From positions 1 through 64,000 of IMG/VR virus record IMGVR_UViG_3300045999_013278: a stretch of DNA of 64,000 nt, one strand, 5' to 3'. Within the stretch, counting starts at the first letter, position 1. The number at the start of each line of letters is the position of its first letter. Both the position numbers and the translations under genes were made by a program. Under the pieces are notes generated by a model. That model did no database searches. It was not told the origin of the DNA and worked only from the letters and a program-made list of their open reading frames with translations. Source of the stretch: a virus. Of this stretch, positions 8,045 to 18,514 are shown one piece after another.

Positions 8045-8617
8045 ATGACCACAAAACCAATCAAGTCCAACGGGATCAACCTGTCGCGTCCAATAGTAAT
8101 GGCCGACGAATTGGGGCTAAACATTTCCCAAACTAACGAGAATGCTTTAAATACTTACGTATTTAAAACCTTTAAAAAGTGGGGATTTGTCCCACTTTCT
8201 AAAGGTTTATTTCCCATTCAAAAGGAAGATGCCAGATATCCATCTGAAGAAAAATTAACTCAATCCATAGTCCAGAGTTATTTCAACTTTACATTATTTA
8301 ATGGAACGTTTGGCAGACCTAGCAAAGAAAAATTAGACGCTTCTAGTTTAGCTATAAGTATGGGGTATCCAGGACAAATAAGCAGAAGTAGTTTAAATGC
8401 TTATGTAGTGGGGGAATTAAAAACACTGGGCTTATCTCCCAACCAAGGAAGGCTTGGCGCAATAGGCTTAGGATTAGGGTTAAACGCTTTTGATGGGGGA
8501 GTCTATCCCGTAAATAATCCCATCATAAAACGTATTATCCGCGAGTTTTTTGAAGATATCCAGGGACAAGGCTTCAACGATGAAGTTGAACGGTACGCCA
8601 TAAGAATTTCCGCATAA
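8045..8617 (+). CDS. Hypothetical protein with two internal repeats, possible DNA-binding regulator
   Basis: MADELGLNISQTNENALNTYV..KKWGFVP vs LAISMGYPGQISRSSLNAYV..KTLGLSP. Confidence 0.6.
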   Translation: MTTKPIKSNGINLSRPIVMADELGLNISQTNENALNTYVFKTFKKWGFVPLSKGLFPIQKEDARYPSEEKLTQSIVQSYFNFTLFNGTFGRPSKEKLDASSLAISMGYPGQISRSSLNAYVVGELKTLGLSPNQGRLGAIGLGLGLNAFDGGVYPVNNPIIKRIIREFFEDIQGQGFNDEVERYAIRISA

Positions 8618-8682
8618 TTCGCACCCTAACTTAAAAAATAAAATTAAGTTAGGGGGTTTCTTAAATAAGGATAGGGTAAAAA

Positions 8683-9018
8683 ATGACAGTGTTTTTAAAT
8701 CTTCCGTACAAATTAATAAGATTGGGAGAAAAGGATAGAGAAGTCTGCCAGATGGTAGCTTACACGCTGGAAGAATTGCATGATTTTGCAAAAAAACTAG
8801 GACTTAGCAAAAAGGATGACTTTGAAGATTGTGTCGTACCCCATTACTTAGTTCCTTTGGAATTAAGAGACAAGGCATTTAACTTGGGCGCACAATCTTC
8901 ACTAATACAAGACCTTAGCCAAATTACGACAATAAGAAAACGCCAAACGGTACAAAGCGCAATACAAAAAGAAGTAAGGAAACGCGGGAGAAAGAAAAAA
9001 TGTACAAGTATTTCCTAG
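8683..9018 (+). CDS. DUF4031-like protein
   Basis: CQMVAYTLEELHDFAKKLGL...PHY...LGA pattern. Confidence 0.65.
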   Translation: MTVFLNLPYKLIRLGEKDREVCQMVAYTLEELHDFAKKLGLSKKDDFEDCVVPHYLVPLELRDKAFNLGAQSSLIQDLSQITTIRKRQTVQSAIQKEVRKRGRKKKCTSIS

Positions 9019-9527
9019 GAATTGACCCAGGACAAAGCGGCGCAATTTCTATAATTAATTCCGAGGGAGTATTAATTAAGGTTATTTCTTTCAAGAATCA
9101 TATTAGGGTTTTGTGGGGATTTAAAATAATTAACGCTAGAACTATTGCTGAAGAACTTCGGGGATTAATTAAAGATTTCTCGGAAGTGACCGCCCTTATT
9201 GAGAGGGTTAACTCTTATAACCAGGGCAGAAATAGCGCATTTAACTTTGGCGCTAATGCCATAGGATTAGTCTTAATATTAGAAGTGTTGGGAGTTGGAG
9301 AAATTAACTCAACTCCGCCAACTGAGTGGAAAGATTTAATGGGCGTATCTGTAAAAAATTTAGGGACTTTTAACGGTAAGGATAAAGATAAGGCTCTTAA
9401 AAAGTTAAGTGAAGCGAGAGCTAATAAGCTTTTTCCTTACTTTAAATTTAATCCTTCTGCTACAGCAGATGAGGAAGAGTCGGCACTTTTGGCTTATTTA
9501 TGTTGGAATAGTAATAAAGGAAAATAA
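9000..9527 (+). CDS. RuvC-like Holliday junction resolvase
   Basis: LGIDPGQSGA, ALIERV, SAFNFG, PTEWK, DEEESALLA. Confidence 0.85.
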   Translation: MYKYFLGIDPGQSGAISIINSEGVLIKVISFKNHIRVLWGFKIINARTIAEELRGLIKDFSEVTALIERVNSYNQGRNSAFNFGANAIGLVLILEVLGVGEINSTPPTEWKDLMGVSVKNLGTFNGKDKDKALKKLSEARANKLFPYFKFNPSATADEEESALLAYLCWNSNKGK

Positions 9528-9531
9528 AAAA

Positions 9532-10017
9532 ATGCAACCATCTCAGTCGGAATTAGAGTTTTATCAAGATCGCTGTCCGGCGTTGATAGATAGCGGATGG
9601 GAGTGGAGTGATCACCAATCATTCCTTTCGTCAATGGCTATTCGCAAACTGGAAGATATTTCATACAGGGGAAAGCTCGTTTGCGTCAGCGTCCATTACC
9701 ACAATAACGGAACACAGTCTCGTTTTTGGGTACAAATTAGAAACATGGAGTACCCATCTTTTGTCTACAATGATTGGGTTAGTGTAGATGCCTACAAAGC
9801 CACAAGTCAAGAGTTGTTTGACGCAGCTACCAATGCCGCTTCTTCCTTATTAAAAAGTAAATTAGAAGAGATATTGGACGCGGAAAAAGAGATTGAGCAA
9901 ATAAAACTAGAACAAAGGAAAATAAAATGGAAATTAAAATTAAACCAAATGGCGAAAAAGTTTTTATTTTTAGCAAGGATCAGGACTGTGCTAAAAGAGT
10001 TTTTGAGAGTTCTTTAA
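9532..10017 (+). CDS. Hypothetical protein
   Basis: ORF; start moved to MQPSQ just after the resolvase stop. Confidence 0.55.
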   Translation: MQPSQSELEFYQDRCPALIDSGWEWSDHQSFLSSMAIRKLEDISYRGKLVCVSVHYHNNGTQSRFWVQIRNMEYPSFVYNDWVSVDAYKATSQELFDAATNAASSLLKSKLEEILDAEKEIEQIKLEQRKIKWKLKLNQMAKKFLFLARIRTVLKEFLRVL

Positions 10018-10211
10018 TGCTAGGCAATATAGGGTTAGAAGGTTTAATTAAAGCCGCAGTTTCCGCCCACGTTGAACTATTAAAAGAAAAAGATAAAGCT
10101 TGGGACACAATAACGGAATTAATTAAGGAAATACATCCGTTAGAAAACGATGAAGAACTTGAATACAATCACATCAGCGGCGAGTTTCGTGTAATTAAAA
10201 ACAAGGGATAG
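9927..10211 (+). CDS. Hypothetical protein
   Basis: ORF with AAGGA RBS. Confidence 0.6.
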   Translation: MEIKIKPNGEKVFIFSKDQDCAKRVFESSLMLGNIGLEGLIKAAVSAHVELLKEKDKAWDTITELIKEIHPLENDEELEYNHISGEFRVIKNKG

Positions 10212-10217
10212 TAAAAA

Positions 10218-10547
10218 ATGTTTGATTTTTCTGGGATAAAACCAAGTTACGATGTTTTAGTCTGGGCTTCAGAAGATACCAATATGTTTTGGATGGAGTT
10301 CTCTACTAGTGCAGAATTAAAAATATCTGTACAGAAAGATCTTAGAGAAAAAGCTTTCGGGGTGATCGGAATGCCCTGCGATGAGATTCTGTGGATACAG
10401 TCGCCTGTTGGGATGGACAGGCGACAAGTAATGGAAAGAATTTGCACGACTCTTGAATTAGAAGGTTTCAAGATCGAGCGGAAATTGATTCCAGAACACA
10501 AAACCTCTTCAGAGGTTGCGCCAATACAAAGTTTTATAATAGGGTAA
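10218..10547 (+). CDS. Hypothetical protein
   Basis: ORF in operon context. Confidence 0.6.
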   Translation: MFDFSGIKPSYDVLVWASEDTNMFWMEFSTSAELKISVQKDLREKAFGVIGMPCDEILWIQSPVGMDRRQVMERICTTLELEGFKIERKLIPEHKTSSEVAPIQSFIIG

Positions 10548-10754
10548 AATTACCGCTCCCATATTTTTTTAATTTATGGGAGTAAATTTATATTGTCCCA
10601 CAGATTTAAAATTTGATAATGGTGGCAGAAGTAGGATGAAGAGAAAAATAACTAAACCTAGACCCGCGCCAAAAAATATTATTATTCCAAATAAATTAAG
10701 GAAATATGCTATTAACTAAGACTTCTTCTCTGCGCCATCCCATCATAACAGATA

Positions 10755-10838
10755 CGCGATCGCAAAAAAATCTTAAAACGCAGAGTCAGGTGAATGGTGT
10801 CAAAGGATTTTTCTTTTAATAAGGATTTCTCTTGACGT
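10755..10838. repeat. Dispersed repeat copy 2
   Basis: cgcgatcgcaaaa..aaaaatcttaaaacgcagag..aatggtgtca..taaggattt..tgacg matches 4187-4276. Confidence 0.75.
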
Positions 10839-10937
10839 TTTTTAATCTACCATTGCGGCGCGCTGTATTACGTAAATTAAGTAAGTAAAAATACTTTGCT
10901 ATAATGTAAAGAATTATACTCATTTACATTTACTCTA

Positions 10938-11750
10938 ATGGATGACTTTAAGTTTTTGGAGATCATAGAATTGATGCCTGGATATGTCTCTGCAATAAGC
11001 TTGGATTTAAGATATATTGCCGTTAGCCCAGGATTAAAAAAATTTGCCTCGGAAAAAACTCTTAACGGACAATCAATTGATTGCGAAGTTGGATGCGAGG
11101 GTCTACCGCAAAGGATGAAGGTTTTGATTAACACACCCGTCGGAACTGAGGATAAATGGATTTATAGGCAAGAAAGGTATCCGAAAACCCAAGTTTTAAT
11201 GGTGGTAAGTAAAAAATTTGAGTGGGGAATCTTAAACGTAGCGACAGACATAACGGAAGTTATTGCTAACGAAGAAAGGCTTTTCAATATATTAAATTAC
11301 CTCCCTTCTGCATTAGCTTTAAGTAACGAGAGGAATGATCTTAAGGCTTTAATCCTCGCACTAAATCCTAGCGTAAGTGGGGAAAAACCCCAAAACACTA
11401 GCGTGGTAGAAGTAGAAATTTTATCAAAGCAAGCCTTGGCTAAATATTCCCAATTAGAAAGGGATATTTTTATAGACCAGGATAGCCTCATGGCTAGACT
11501 AAATAAATTAGAAGTGCGCCAAAGTAATGACGATGAGGAGTGGGAGAAATTCACAGAAAATAGAGACGAAATCCAAAAACTAGCATCATTAGCTCGGTTT
11601 TTTAACAACATCCCAGGAGGTAAAAAAACAATAATCATAATAATTATTATGATTAACATTACAGCTACTATAGTAGTAAATGCAGTTGTTAAATATTGGG
11701 GAATCTCACAATTTATTATTCCTAGTGAAATTAAGGAATTAATTAAGTAA
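10938..11750 (+). CDS. PAS-like domain protein with coiled coil and C-terminal transmembrane helix
   Basis: IIELMPGYVSAISLDLRYIAVS..G resembles a PAS N-terminus; ATDITE resembles a PAC end; hydrophobic IIIIIIMINITATIVV. Confidence 0.5.
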   Translation: MDDFKFLEIIELMPGYVSAISLDLRYIAVSPGLKKFASEKTLNGQSIDCEVGCEGLPQRMKVLINTPVGTEDKWIYRQERYPKTQVLMVVSKKFEWGILNVATDITEVIANEERLFNILNYLPSALALSNERNDLKALILALNPSVSGEKPQNTSVVEVEILSKQALAKYSQLERDIFIDQDSLMARLNKLEVRQSNDDEEWEKFTENRDEIQKLASLARFFNNIPGGKKTIIIIIIMINITATIVVNAVVKYWGISQFIIPSEIKELIK

Positions 11751-11756
11751 ATAAAT

Positions 11757-12395
11757 TTAATTATTCCTAAAAATACCTGGAAAACCACCATACCTTAATA
11801 AGTTTTGGTATCTTCCGCAACTATCTAAATCTTTACCGCAAACGCTATTAACTAAAGTTGTAGCATTGCCAAAGATATCAAAGTTTAGCGCAGTTGTGGC
11901 TGCACAGTTAGAGTCCCTAAACTCCCAGCCACAACGCCTTAAGTAAGTTCTTCCAGGAATTTTTCTTCTCTCTAGTGAAGCTAGTGGGATTAAATTAAAT
12001 TCAAACCCTATGCCATATTGCCCAGTCCAACTGTTTATTCTTAAGCTAAACTCTACAAACTGTGTAGGATCTTCTGAACTTTCCCCATCCAAAAACATTT
12101 TTAAAGTTCTTTTAACGTTAACGGATGCACCAATTACATCTTCTTCGTAATTGTCAATTAATATTCCAACTACTCCATCAATATCCGACACATTTAATTT
12201 ACTACTTAATTCTGTACCCTCTCCTGATTGCCCCAGCCAAGATATTTCGCAAGGTCTAGCTAAATAAGTCAAGCCTTGGAAGTTAACCGTAGATAAATTA
12301 CAAAATCTTAAAATCTGGGAGTTTGCTGTAACTGTAATTAAGTCTATAGGACTTTCTACATCCAAAGATTGTAATTCTTTTGCTAAATTAGTCAT
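11757..12395 (-). CDS. Minor tail protein L-like
   Basis: VKRTLKMFLD and C-terminal Cys cluster CGWEFRDSNC..CGKDLDSC..RYGGFPG. Confidence 0.85.
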   Translation of the reverse strand: MTNLAKELQSLDVESPIDLITVTANSQILRFCNLSTVNFQGLTYLARPCEISWLGQSGEGTELSSKLNVSDIDGVVGILIDNYEEDVIGASVNVKRTLKMFLDGESSEDPTQFVEFSLRINSWTGQYGIGFEFNLIPLASLERRKIPGRTYLRRCGWEFRDSNCAATTALNFDIFGNATTLVNSVCGKDLDSCGRYQNLLRYGGFPGIFRNN

Positions 12396-12409
12396 AAATT
12401 ATTTAAACC

Positions 12410-13180
12410 CTAAAATATTAATTTTTTTCTGAAATAAACGAGGTCGTCTGATTCACTTGAAGACCATATCCACTTAGCTGTTGTCCCATCCATGTTAGCT
12501 ATAGTAGGCCACCTTCCCCCTTGGTAATTCGATACTTCCGTGGCATTAGTCCACGAACTTTCATTAAAACCTAATTCTTTCCATCCAGTTTGCTCTGTAA
12601 GAGAATATTTCCAACTAGAGTCGGTATTAATTCTACTTCCGTTAACCGATATGTCGCCCAACAGTCCAGAAATAACCCCAAAATCACGGCAAGCAACAGC
12701 TATCTGATTCTCATACAAAAAATCCACAGAAAAAACATTGGCAACATACCAATTACTCCCACTTCCTACTTCCACACCATTTAGGAAAAGAGTGAATGCG
12801 TTATCGCAAGTCATACGAATAACTCCGATAAACTCCGACGGACTCGGACTCGTTTCCTTTAAAATTAGCCTTAATTCCCAACAATCCAAACCTTGAGGAA
12901 TAACTTGCGGCTCACCATCAAAAACATAAGTTTTGTAATCTTGCCAAGAAAATTCTCGCCATCCAAAGGTTTTGTAGCCCGCAAAATCCTTAATTATCGC
13001 CCAAATCTCATTAAATTTTACAGTGGTTAATCCCGGTATCGTAATGTTAAAAGTATCTCTGCCTGAGAAGGGGACACTTCCGGTTAAGGTATATCCATCA
13101 CCTAACCCGTCTCCGTTACTTTCTATTTTTTTAACCTTAGTTAACTCCCATTTAACGGGAGGTAATTCTAAAATTGCCAT
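12410..13180 (-). CDS. Minor tail protein M-like domain fused to a carbohydrate-binding/jelly-roll domain
   Basis: N-terminal LGDGY..F.W; C-terminal TCDNAFTLFLNG..TDSSWK..AKWIW..VYFRK. Confidence 0.6.
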   Translation of the reverse strand: MAILELPPVKWELTKVKKIESNGDGLGDGYTLTGSVPFSGRDTFNITIPGLTTVKFNEIWAIIKDFAGYKTFGWREFSWQDYKTYVFDGEPQVIPQGLDCWELRLILKETSPSPSEFIGVIRMTCDNAFTLFLNGVEVGSGSNWYVANVFSVDFLYENQIAVACRDFGVISGLLGDISVNGSRINTDSSWKYSLTEQTGWKELGFNESSWTNATEVSNYQGGRWPTIANMDGTTAKWIWSSSESDDLVYFRKKLIF

Positions 13181-13250
13181 ATTTGTATACCTGCGCGAAC
13201 CGAGCTATGGTTTTTTGAATAAATCAGATAGTAGTTGTTGAATTTCATAA

Positions 13251-13964
13251 CTAAACATTCAAGTAAGTGTCAGTTTCGGGGTTAAAATTACCTGTGTATC
13301 TGACCGCTTTTGTTAACCGCAGGTGAGATAAATAGAATTGAGCAAATGCTAAATAACCATTTACACCATTTGTACCTATCACAATTCTTTCACCTGTGAA
13401 GCTTTCAGTTGAGCTAAAACTGACGGTTAATGTACCGTTTAAAAACCATTTAAAGTTATTGCCACTTCTAACTAAGGCGTGATGTTGCCATGTATTAATA
13501 GTTAATTGCTGCAATTCTGCTACAGTTGCGTTTTGTCTCCAGAAAGAAAAAGTACCACCAAAGTTAGAATACACAGGATTAAGTGTTGCTAGGCTAGGCA
13601 TTGTCGCGTTGGCATTCCAAGCCATGATCCCGTTAGGGGAAGTGGAGTAAGGATACACCCACATCTCTAAAGTGAAATTATCTGACCCTAGAGTATAAAT
13701 GCTATCTACTGGTGTACCTATAAAACAATTGTTTGTGCCATCAAAATAAAGACTACTGCCACCATATTTACTTTGCGCTGTACTAATTTGAGCAGTGCCA
13801 AAAACAGAAATTGTTTTAGGAGTTGGTGAACTGTCAATAATACTTGATCCATTTCCTTTCAGGAACAGAACTACGTTTGCGGCAAAAGGATCTGCACCAC
13901 CGCCACCACCCCCGCCACCTAAGCTTTTACCCGACTGAATAATTCCATTATTACTTAATATCAT
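13251..13964 (-). CDS. LamG/concanavalin A-like tail fibre or receptor-binding protein
   Basis: STAQSKYGGSSLYFDG, FTLEMWVYP, WQHHALVRSG, LRLTKAVRY. Confidence 0.75.
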   Translation of the reverse strand: MILSNNGIIQSGKSLGGGGGGGGADPFAANVVLFLKGNGSSIIDSSPTPKTISVFGTAQISTAQSKYGGSSLYFDGTNNCFIGTPVDSIYTLGSDNFTLEMWVYPYSTSPNGIMAWNANATMPSLATLNPVYSNFGGTFSFWRQNATVAELQQLTINTWQHHALVRSGNNFKWFLNGTLTVSFSSTESFTGERIVIGTNGVNGYLAFAQFYLSHLRLTKAVRYTGNFNPETDTYLNV

Positions 13965-14593
13965 GCCGCCAAACTCCCGAACACATACCACTCATTAACA
14001 CCTCTTTTAACTAAAGTTACACCTGAGTATTGTGTGGAGATTTTCAACTTATTACCATCGCTTCTTAAATTCACGCCAACTCCTCCTACCAAAGTTGTTT
14101 GTCCCGATCCATATTGGGCAATTAAAATTTGTGTCCCAATAGGGAAAGCCGCATCTACATTGGGCGGAATTGTTAAGTTATTGCTTGCGGAGACATTCAT
14201 TTCTACTAACTTGTCTGCGTCACTTAAAACTAGGGTATAAGATGCGGTTTGGGAATTAATTACCAATAACTTATCCGTCTTAGAATTAAGCAAGGACTGG
14301 ATCTTTCCAAAGGCTTGCAAAATAGTGTCGGTTGCGGCTATTGCTATCGCGCTTCCTACAGAAAATCCCGTTAATAAAGTGGTTAAAACTCCTGTTGCGT
14401 TTTGATCAGGAAACCACCGCCCCGTACTGGGGTTGTCGTCAGGAGCGAATCCTCCAGTCGATGCTGAAGATTCAAACTGAAACCAACTCCTAAGACTTAG
14501 GACTTTTATATTTAATCCGTTTGCTCTTTTATCGGCGGGAATCGCTAATAAATCCGCTAAAGTATCCCTTTTATATCCCGTTAAAGTGGGCAT
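13961..14593 (-). CDS. Tail fibre-associated structural protein
   Basis: ATDTILQAFGKIQ and SYTLVLSD..FPIGTQI..W.VFGSL motifs; tail-tip context. Confidence 0.6.
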   Translation of the reverse strand: MPTLTGYKRDTLADLLAIPADKRANGLNIKVLSLRSWFQFESSASTGGFAPDDNPSTGRWFPDQNATGVLTTLLTGFSVGSAIAIAATDTILQAFGKIQSLLNSKTDKLLVINSQTASYTLVLSDADKLVEMNVSASNNLTIPPNVDAAFPIGTQILIAQYGSGQTTLVGGVGVNLRSDGNKLKISTQYSGVTLVKRGVNEWYVFGSLAA

Positions 14594-14628
14594 ATTTAAT
14601 TACCTCCTTAGTATTGTTTAGTATTGTA

Positions 14629-16863
14629 TTATACACCCATTCCGAACCATTCATCTTCTCCCACAGTAAGCCAGGAATCCTCACTTAATCCAGTCCAACT
14701 TATCTGTGCATAAGCTTTGGATTGTACGACCCATTGGGAAGTTTTACCTTCCGTTGAAATAGCAGCGACCCTAACGTAATAAGTGGTAGTTAAAATTGTG
14801 GGAAAATTCCAAGAAGCATATAAATTTACGGTACTAATTCTGTTTCCCCAACTTCCGTTTAGCCCAATCTTATATTCTGCAATATAAGATTTTGTATAAC
14901 TTTCTAACCCTCCGCCTATTCTTGTAGGTTGTTCCCAATAAGACTCTATCCCTACTTCATCACTTAAAATATTTACGACAAGGTTATTGGGAGGAGTCAT
15001 AACGGCAGGAGGTCTGTTAATGGCAGGCCATTCCGTAATACTTATTCCAGACTCTATTTTACTTTCTAAATCCGGATCATAAAGTTTAGCAGTAATGCTA
15101 AAAAATAATGGATTGTCGGATGGACTAATATCTAAAATTTGGTAACGATGCAAAGTTACCGATCCGTCTACTATTTGCCACGTTGAGTGTGGCAATGGCA
15201 ATACCGAAAGGGACTGCGAAACATTAATTATCGTATGCGTTCCTGCTGCATTTGAGATATCTCTTTCTAAGGTATAGATATTATTAGATTCGTCGGTTAA
15301 AGTTAAAACAATTACCGCATCACTTCCACTAACAGACGTTGGAGCATCTAAAGTAATAGCCGTAGAAGTGGCAGATGAAATAAGCCCAGCTTTTCTTTGC
15401 CTACCTCTAGCACTATCGGCGATTTGTACCACCTCTCCAGGTTTAAAAAATATTGCATGAGGTCTACACTCAAAAGTAATTTGCTTATTATATTTAGGTA
15501 GCGAATTGTAAATAATTCTGCGCCCCGCTCTAATAGCCGCGCCGCGAGTAATAACTCCTAAAGCTGTAAATTCTTCCTGATGATATCCATATTTAGTTAT
15601 TGCCTCAGCTACTTCCACTGGTTCAGGACTTTGTTCATAATCATTAGTTGGATCGGTGTACCAAACTTTGCAAGCTGTGGTTATCGCTTGGTACTCACCT
15701 TGTGATGGAGAAAATTTCCCGTCTCTTACGTCAGCGTTACACAAAATTCTTGGCAACACAGTCGTAGGTCGCTGTTGCCAAAAACGCCACTGAGTTCCGT
15801 CCCAATAAGGTTTTGTTGCAAAAGTCGCACAAATTCCCCTAATTGTTTCAATTGTTACTTGCTGCTGAGTTATTAAGCCGTTAAAACTGTAACGCCTTTC
15901 TGTACCACCAAAACCATTGCTTATTAATACATTATTATAAACGGAGCATTGGTATAAATCCCACTTATTAACTTGAGTAGTGGAATAACCTAAACCGCCG
16001 TCCTGCCTACTCCTAGTAAATAAAGCATAAACCGCCCAAGCTGGGTCAGTCGTCGCCAAAGTTGGAGTAAAAAAGTTTCCATCCCAACCACCGCTAAAAG
16101 TTAATCCTCTATCTGTCCTTAAAGTATTAATAGTGGAATTAGTGGGAATAGAAAAAATACTGCCAGCTAAAAATAACGAAACTTCTGGATCGGATGTGAA
16201 CAACTCACTATTAAAATTGTAGGCAATTAAGGCTGTGCCGATATAAGCAATTTGTTTCTGAACAACTTCAGTAAAAGTTAACCATTGTAAGGATCTTACT
16301 AAATCTGTTGTTACAGAATCATCAGAGATTTTTTCTACTCTTACGGAATACTCGTCTAAAGTTTCATCTACTTGGTAGAAGTATTGGAAAGTAGTAAATG
16401 TAGGAAATCTCCCACTAATAGTAGGGACGGCTTTCTCAATAAAAGAACCGCCGCTACCTTCCTTAACTAAAATCCTAAAAGTTATGCTATCTTCCTGCCC
16501 TTTATTATCTAATTGAATAGCCAGCCTAATCCTTAAAGCTGTAACATCTGCATTAAATACGGTGCGGGTTGCGCTTAAAGAATTGGTTACTTCAACATTT
16601 ATAGTGTTGTCTATTGAAGTTTCGTTTAAGCCATTCGGAAAAGCTGTTTGATCTTTAGTCCCAACTCTTAAATCCCAAGAAAAATTCAGGAAATTAAAGC
16701 TGTCGTCACTGTTTTGTAAGGGAGTCCCGTTTAGGGAAATATCCTTACTTCCATTGGGTAAACCCTCAATCACTCCCTCGCAAAGTCCGGCAATGCCTCT
16801 AATATAATCTTTAGTTGTGCCACTAACGGGCGCATTTTCCCTCTCTTTCCTACCAAATCCCAT
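14629..16863 (-). CDS. Tail tip / host-specificity protein J-like with FnIII domain
   Basis: LCEGVIEG, LNGTPLQN, TDPAW, PGEVVQIAD, YYVRVAA. Confidence 0.9.
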   Translation of the reverse strand: MGFGRKERENAPVSGTTKDYIRGIAGLCEGVIEGLPNGSKDISLNGTPLQNSDDSFNFLNFSWDLRVGTKDQTAFPNGLNETSIDNTINVEVTNSLSATRTVFNADVTALRIRLAIQLDNKGQEDSITFRILVKEGSGGSFIEKAVPTISGRFPTFTTFQYFYQVDETLDEYSVRVEKISDDSVTTDLVRSLQWLTFTEVVQKQIAYIGTALIAYNFNSELFTSDPEVSLFLAGSIFSIPTNSTINTLRTDRGLTFSGGWDGNFFTPTLATTDPAWAVYALFTRSRQDGGLGYSTTQVNKWDLYQCSVYNNVLISNGFGGTERRYSFNGLITQQQVTIETIRGICATFATKPYWDGTQWRFWQQRPTTVLPRILCNADVRDGKFSPSQGEYQAITTACKVWYTDPTNDYEQSPEPVEVAEAITKYGYHQEEFTALGVITRGAAIRAGRRIIYNSLPKYNKQITFECRPHAIFFKPGEVVQIADSARGRQRKAGLISSATSTAITLDAPTSVSGSDAVIVLTLTDESNNIYTLERDISNAAGTHTIINVSQSLSVLPLPHSTWQIVDGSVTLHRYQILDISPSDNPLFFSITAKLYDPDLESKIESGISITEWPAINRPPAVMTPPNNLVVNILSDEVGIESYWEQPTRIGGGLESYTKSYIAEYKIGLNGSWGNRISTVNLYASWNFPTILTTTYYVRVAAISTEGKTSQWVVQSKAYAQISWTGLSEDSWLTVGEDEWFGMGV

Positions 16864-16865
16864 AA

Positions 16866-17453
16866 TTATTTACCCTTTCCGCCACTACCGCCGCCACCGA
16901 CATTAGTATATTCCGACACTATATCGTAAGTCAATATCATCACATCCTTAATTTTTACCTGACTGCCAATAGCTATCGGGATAGGCGTTCCCTCTTGAGT
17001 TCTAGTGCTGCCTCCCTGGAAATTTACACTACGCTTGTCTTCCGTTGGTTTAGGTGGGTATCCAAATAAAATACTTTGGAGTCCTTGGACAATTCCGCCA
17101 ACAATTAGAGCCGTATTACTAGTTATAATCCCCACACTAATTAATAATATGGGTGAAAGAAATCGCATAAACCCATCCCCGCTACCCTCGAAAACCTCTT
17201 CTATGATTATTGTTTTGCCAGAAATAGGGAAGAGTTGGAGATTGGGGTCATGCGGCGTTAATTCTTTTTCCCAATTTTCGCCAACGCAAGTTATCTTATA
17301 TTGAGATTCCCTTTGGGAAAGTACAAAGTTTTTAAAGTCGGGGAATTGCGAGGATAAAAAATCAATTACCTCTTTAGGATTTTCTACGCTTGCATTAAAC
17401 TCTTCCCCAAACTTTTCCCCTAAATTTCCCTTAAGGATTATTTTAGTTAACAT
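16866..17453 (-). CDS. Tail assembly protein I-like
   Basis: IILKGNLGEKFG, EGSG, QEGTPIPIAIG. Confidence 0.85.
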   Translation of the reverse strand: MLTKIILKGNLGEKFGEEFNASVENPKEVIDFLSSQFPDFKNFVLSQRESQYKITCVGENWEKELTPHDPNLQLFPISGKTIIIEEVFEGSGDGFMRFLSPILLISVGIITSNTALIVGGIVQGLQSILFGYPPKPTEDKRSVNFQGGSTRTQEGTPIPIAIGSQVKIKDVMILTYDIVSEYTNVGGGGSGGKGK

Positions 17454-18271
17454 TATTTTAGCCTCCCGTGATTAACCACTAATTTTCGCCAATTATCGTC
17501 AAAAACATCCAACCTGCTTTTTTGGCGCACACCAGGACTGTGAAGGATTAAGTTTAATTCTGGGTTAATTAATACAGCTAAGTGATTAGCTTTTCCGCCA
17601 CCTCTTAAGGCAATGCCAAAAATATCATTTAGCTTAAATTGGGAAGAATGTAATGGTAATTTATTAAAACTTTGGGAGAAATCCCAATAATCCTCAAATG
17701 ACCAATTAAGATTACCGTTACTGGGCGGTTCTTCTGGGCGTTTCCATTCCCCAATTTCTATATTTAAAGCACCTAAGAAATATCTACGGACTAATGCAAA
17801 GCAATCTGTCCGCCCCCAATCAAAACGCCATCCTAAGTAAAATTCTATTTCATCGGGACTATAATTAATTTTATTTAATGGATAAGGATTGGGGTTTGAA
17901 GGTTCGTAATAATCCCAGTTATTAAAATCTTCATGGGCGTGGTAAAGCAAAGATGGTATGTTTAAATAATTAGCTAAGGCTAAATCTTGGGACGTAAAAC
18001 TTCCTTGATGAGAGTCCTTAAAGTGCGAGTGCCAAAATAATAAAATATCTTCTTTTTTAAAGTCAGTTAAGGTAATTCTAAAGCTATCCTCTGGGACAGG
18101 GTGAGCGTTCCTTAAATTTAAAACTTCCTTATTATTTTTAAGGATAATTCCACAAGCTTCTTCGTTATTTTCCCTACCTTCTAAGGCATAAGATTTTACC
18201 CTATTTAATTCCTCTATCCCAATATTAGGAACATTGGGGACGTAATTGGGATTTTGATTAATTAATGGCAT
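17453..18271 (-). CDS. Tail assembly protein K-like (JAB/MPN + NlpC/P60)
   Basis: EACG, WHSH..SQD, DCFALVRRY, NHLAV, LILH. Confidence 0.88.
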   Translation of the reverse strand: MPLINQNPNYVPNVPNIGIEELNRVKSYALEGRENNEEACGIILKNNKEVLNLRNAHPVPEDSFRITLTDFKKEDILLFWHSHFKDSHQGSFTSQDLALANYLNIPSLLYHAHEDFNNWDYYEPSNPNPYPLNKINYSPDEIEFYLGWRFDWGRTDCFALVRRYFLGALNIEIGEWKRPEEPPSNGNLNWSFEDYWDFSQSFNKLPLHSSQFKLNDIFGIALRGGGKANHLAVLINPELNLILHSPGVRQKSRLDVFDDNWRKLVVNHGRLK

Positions 18272-18346
18272 TTTAACTTTTTATTTGGGTATATCTATAG
18301 TATAGTATAATATAAAATATCCCACAAGTTAAAGAAGATTAGGAAA

Positions 18347-18514
18347 ATGCAAAACAAACTACAAATATTCACAATGACCGTCCCAAGGATAAGATCGCGC
18401 AAGGGCAAAAATAACCCATTAATATACCCATTAATATTAAGTAACGACAGGGAAGAAATTACAGAAAGGCGGTTGCCTGGAGACGACTTGTACCTTCCTC
18501 CTGAAGTTAATTAA
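18347..18514 (+). CDS. Small ORF (55 aa) upstream of the tRNA-like element
   Basis: AGGA RBS; MQNKLQIFTMTVPRIRSRKG...PPEVN*. Confidence 0.4.
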   Translation: MQNKLQIFTMTVPRIRSRKGKNNPLIYPLILSNDREEITERRLPGDDLYLPPEVN

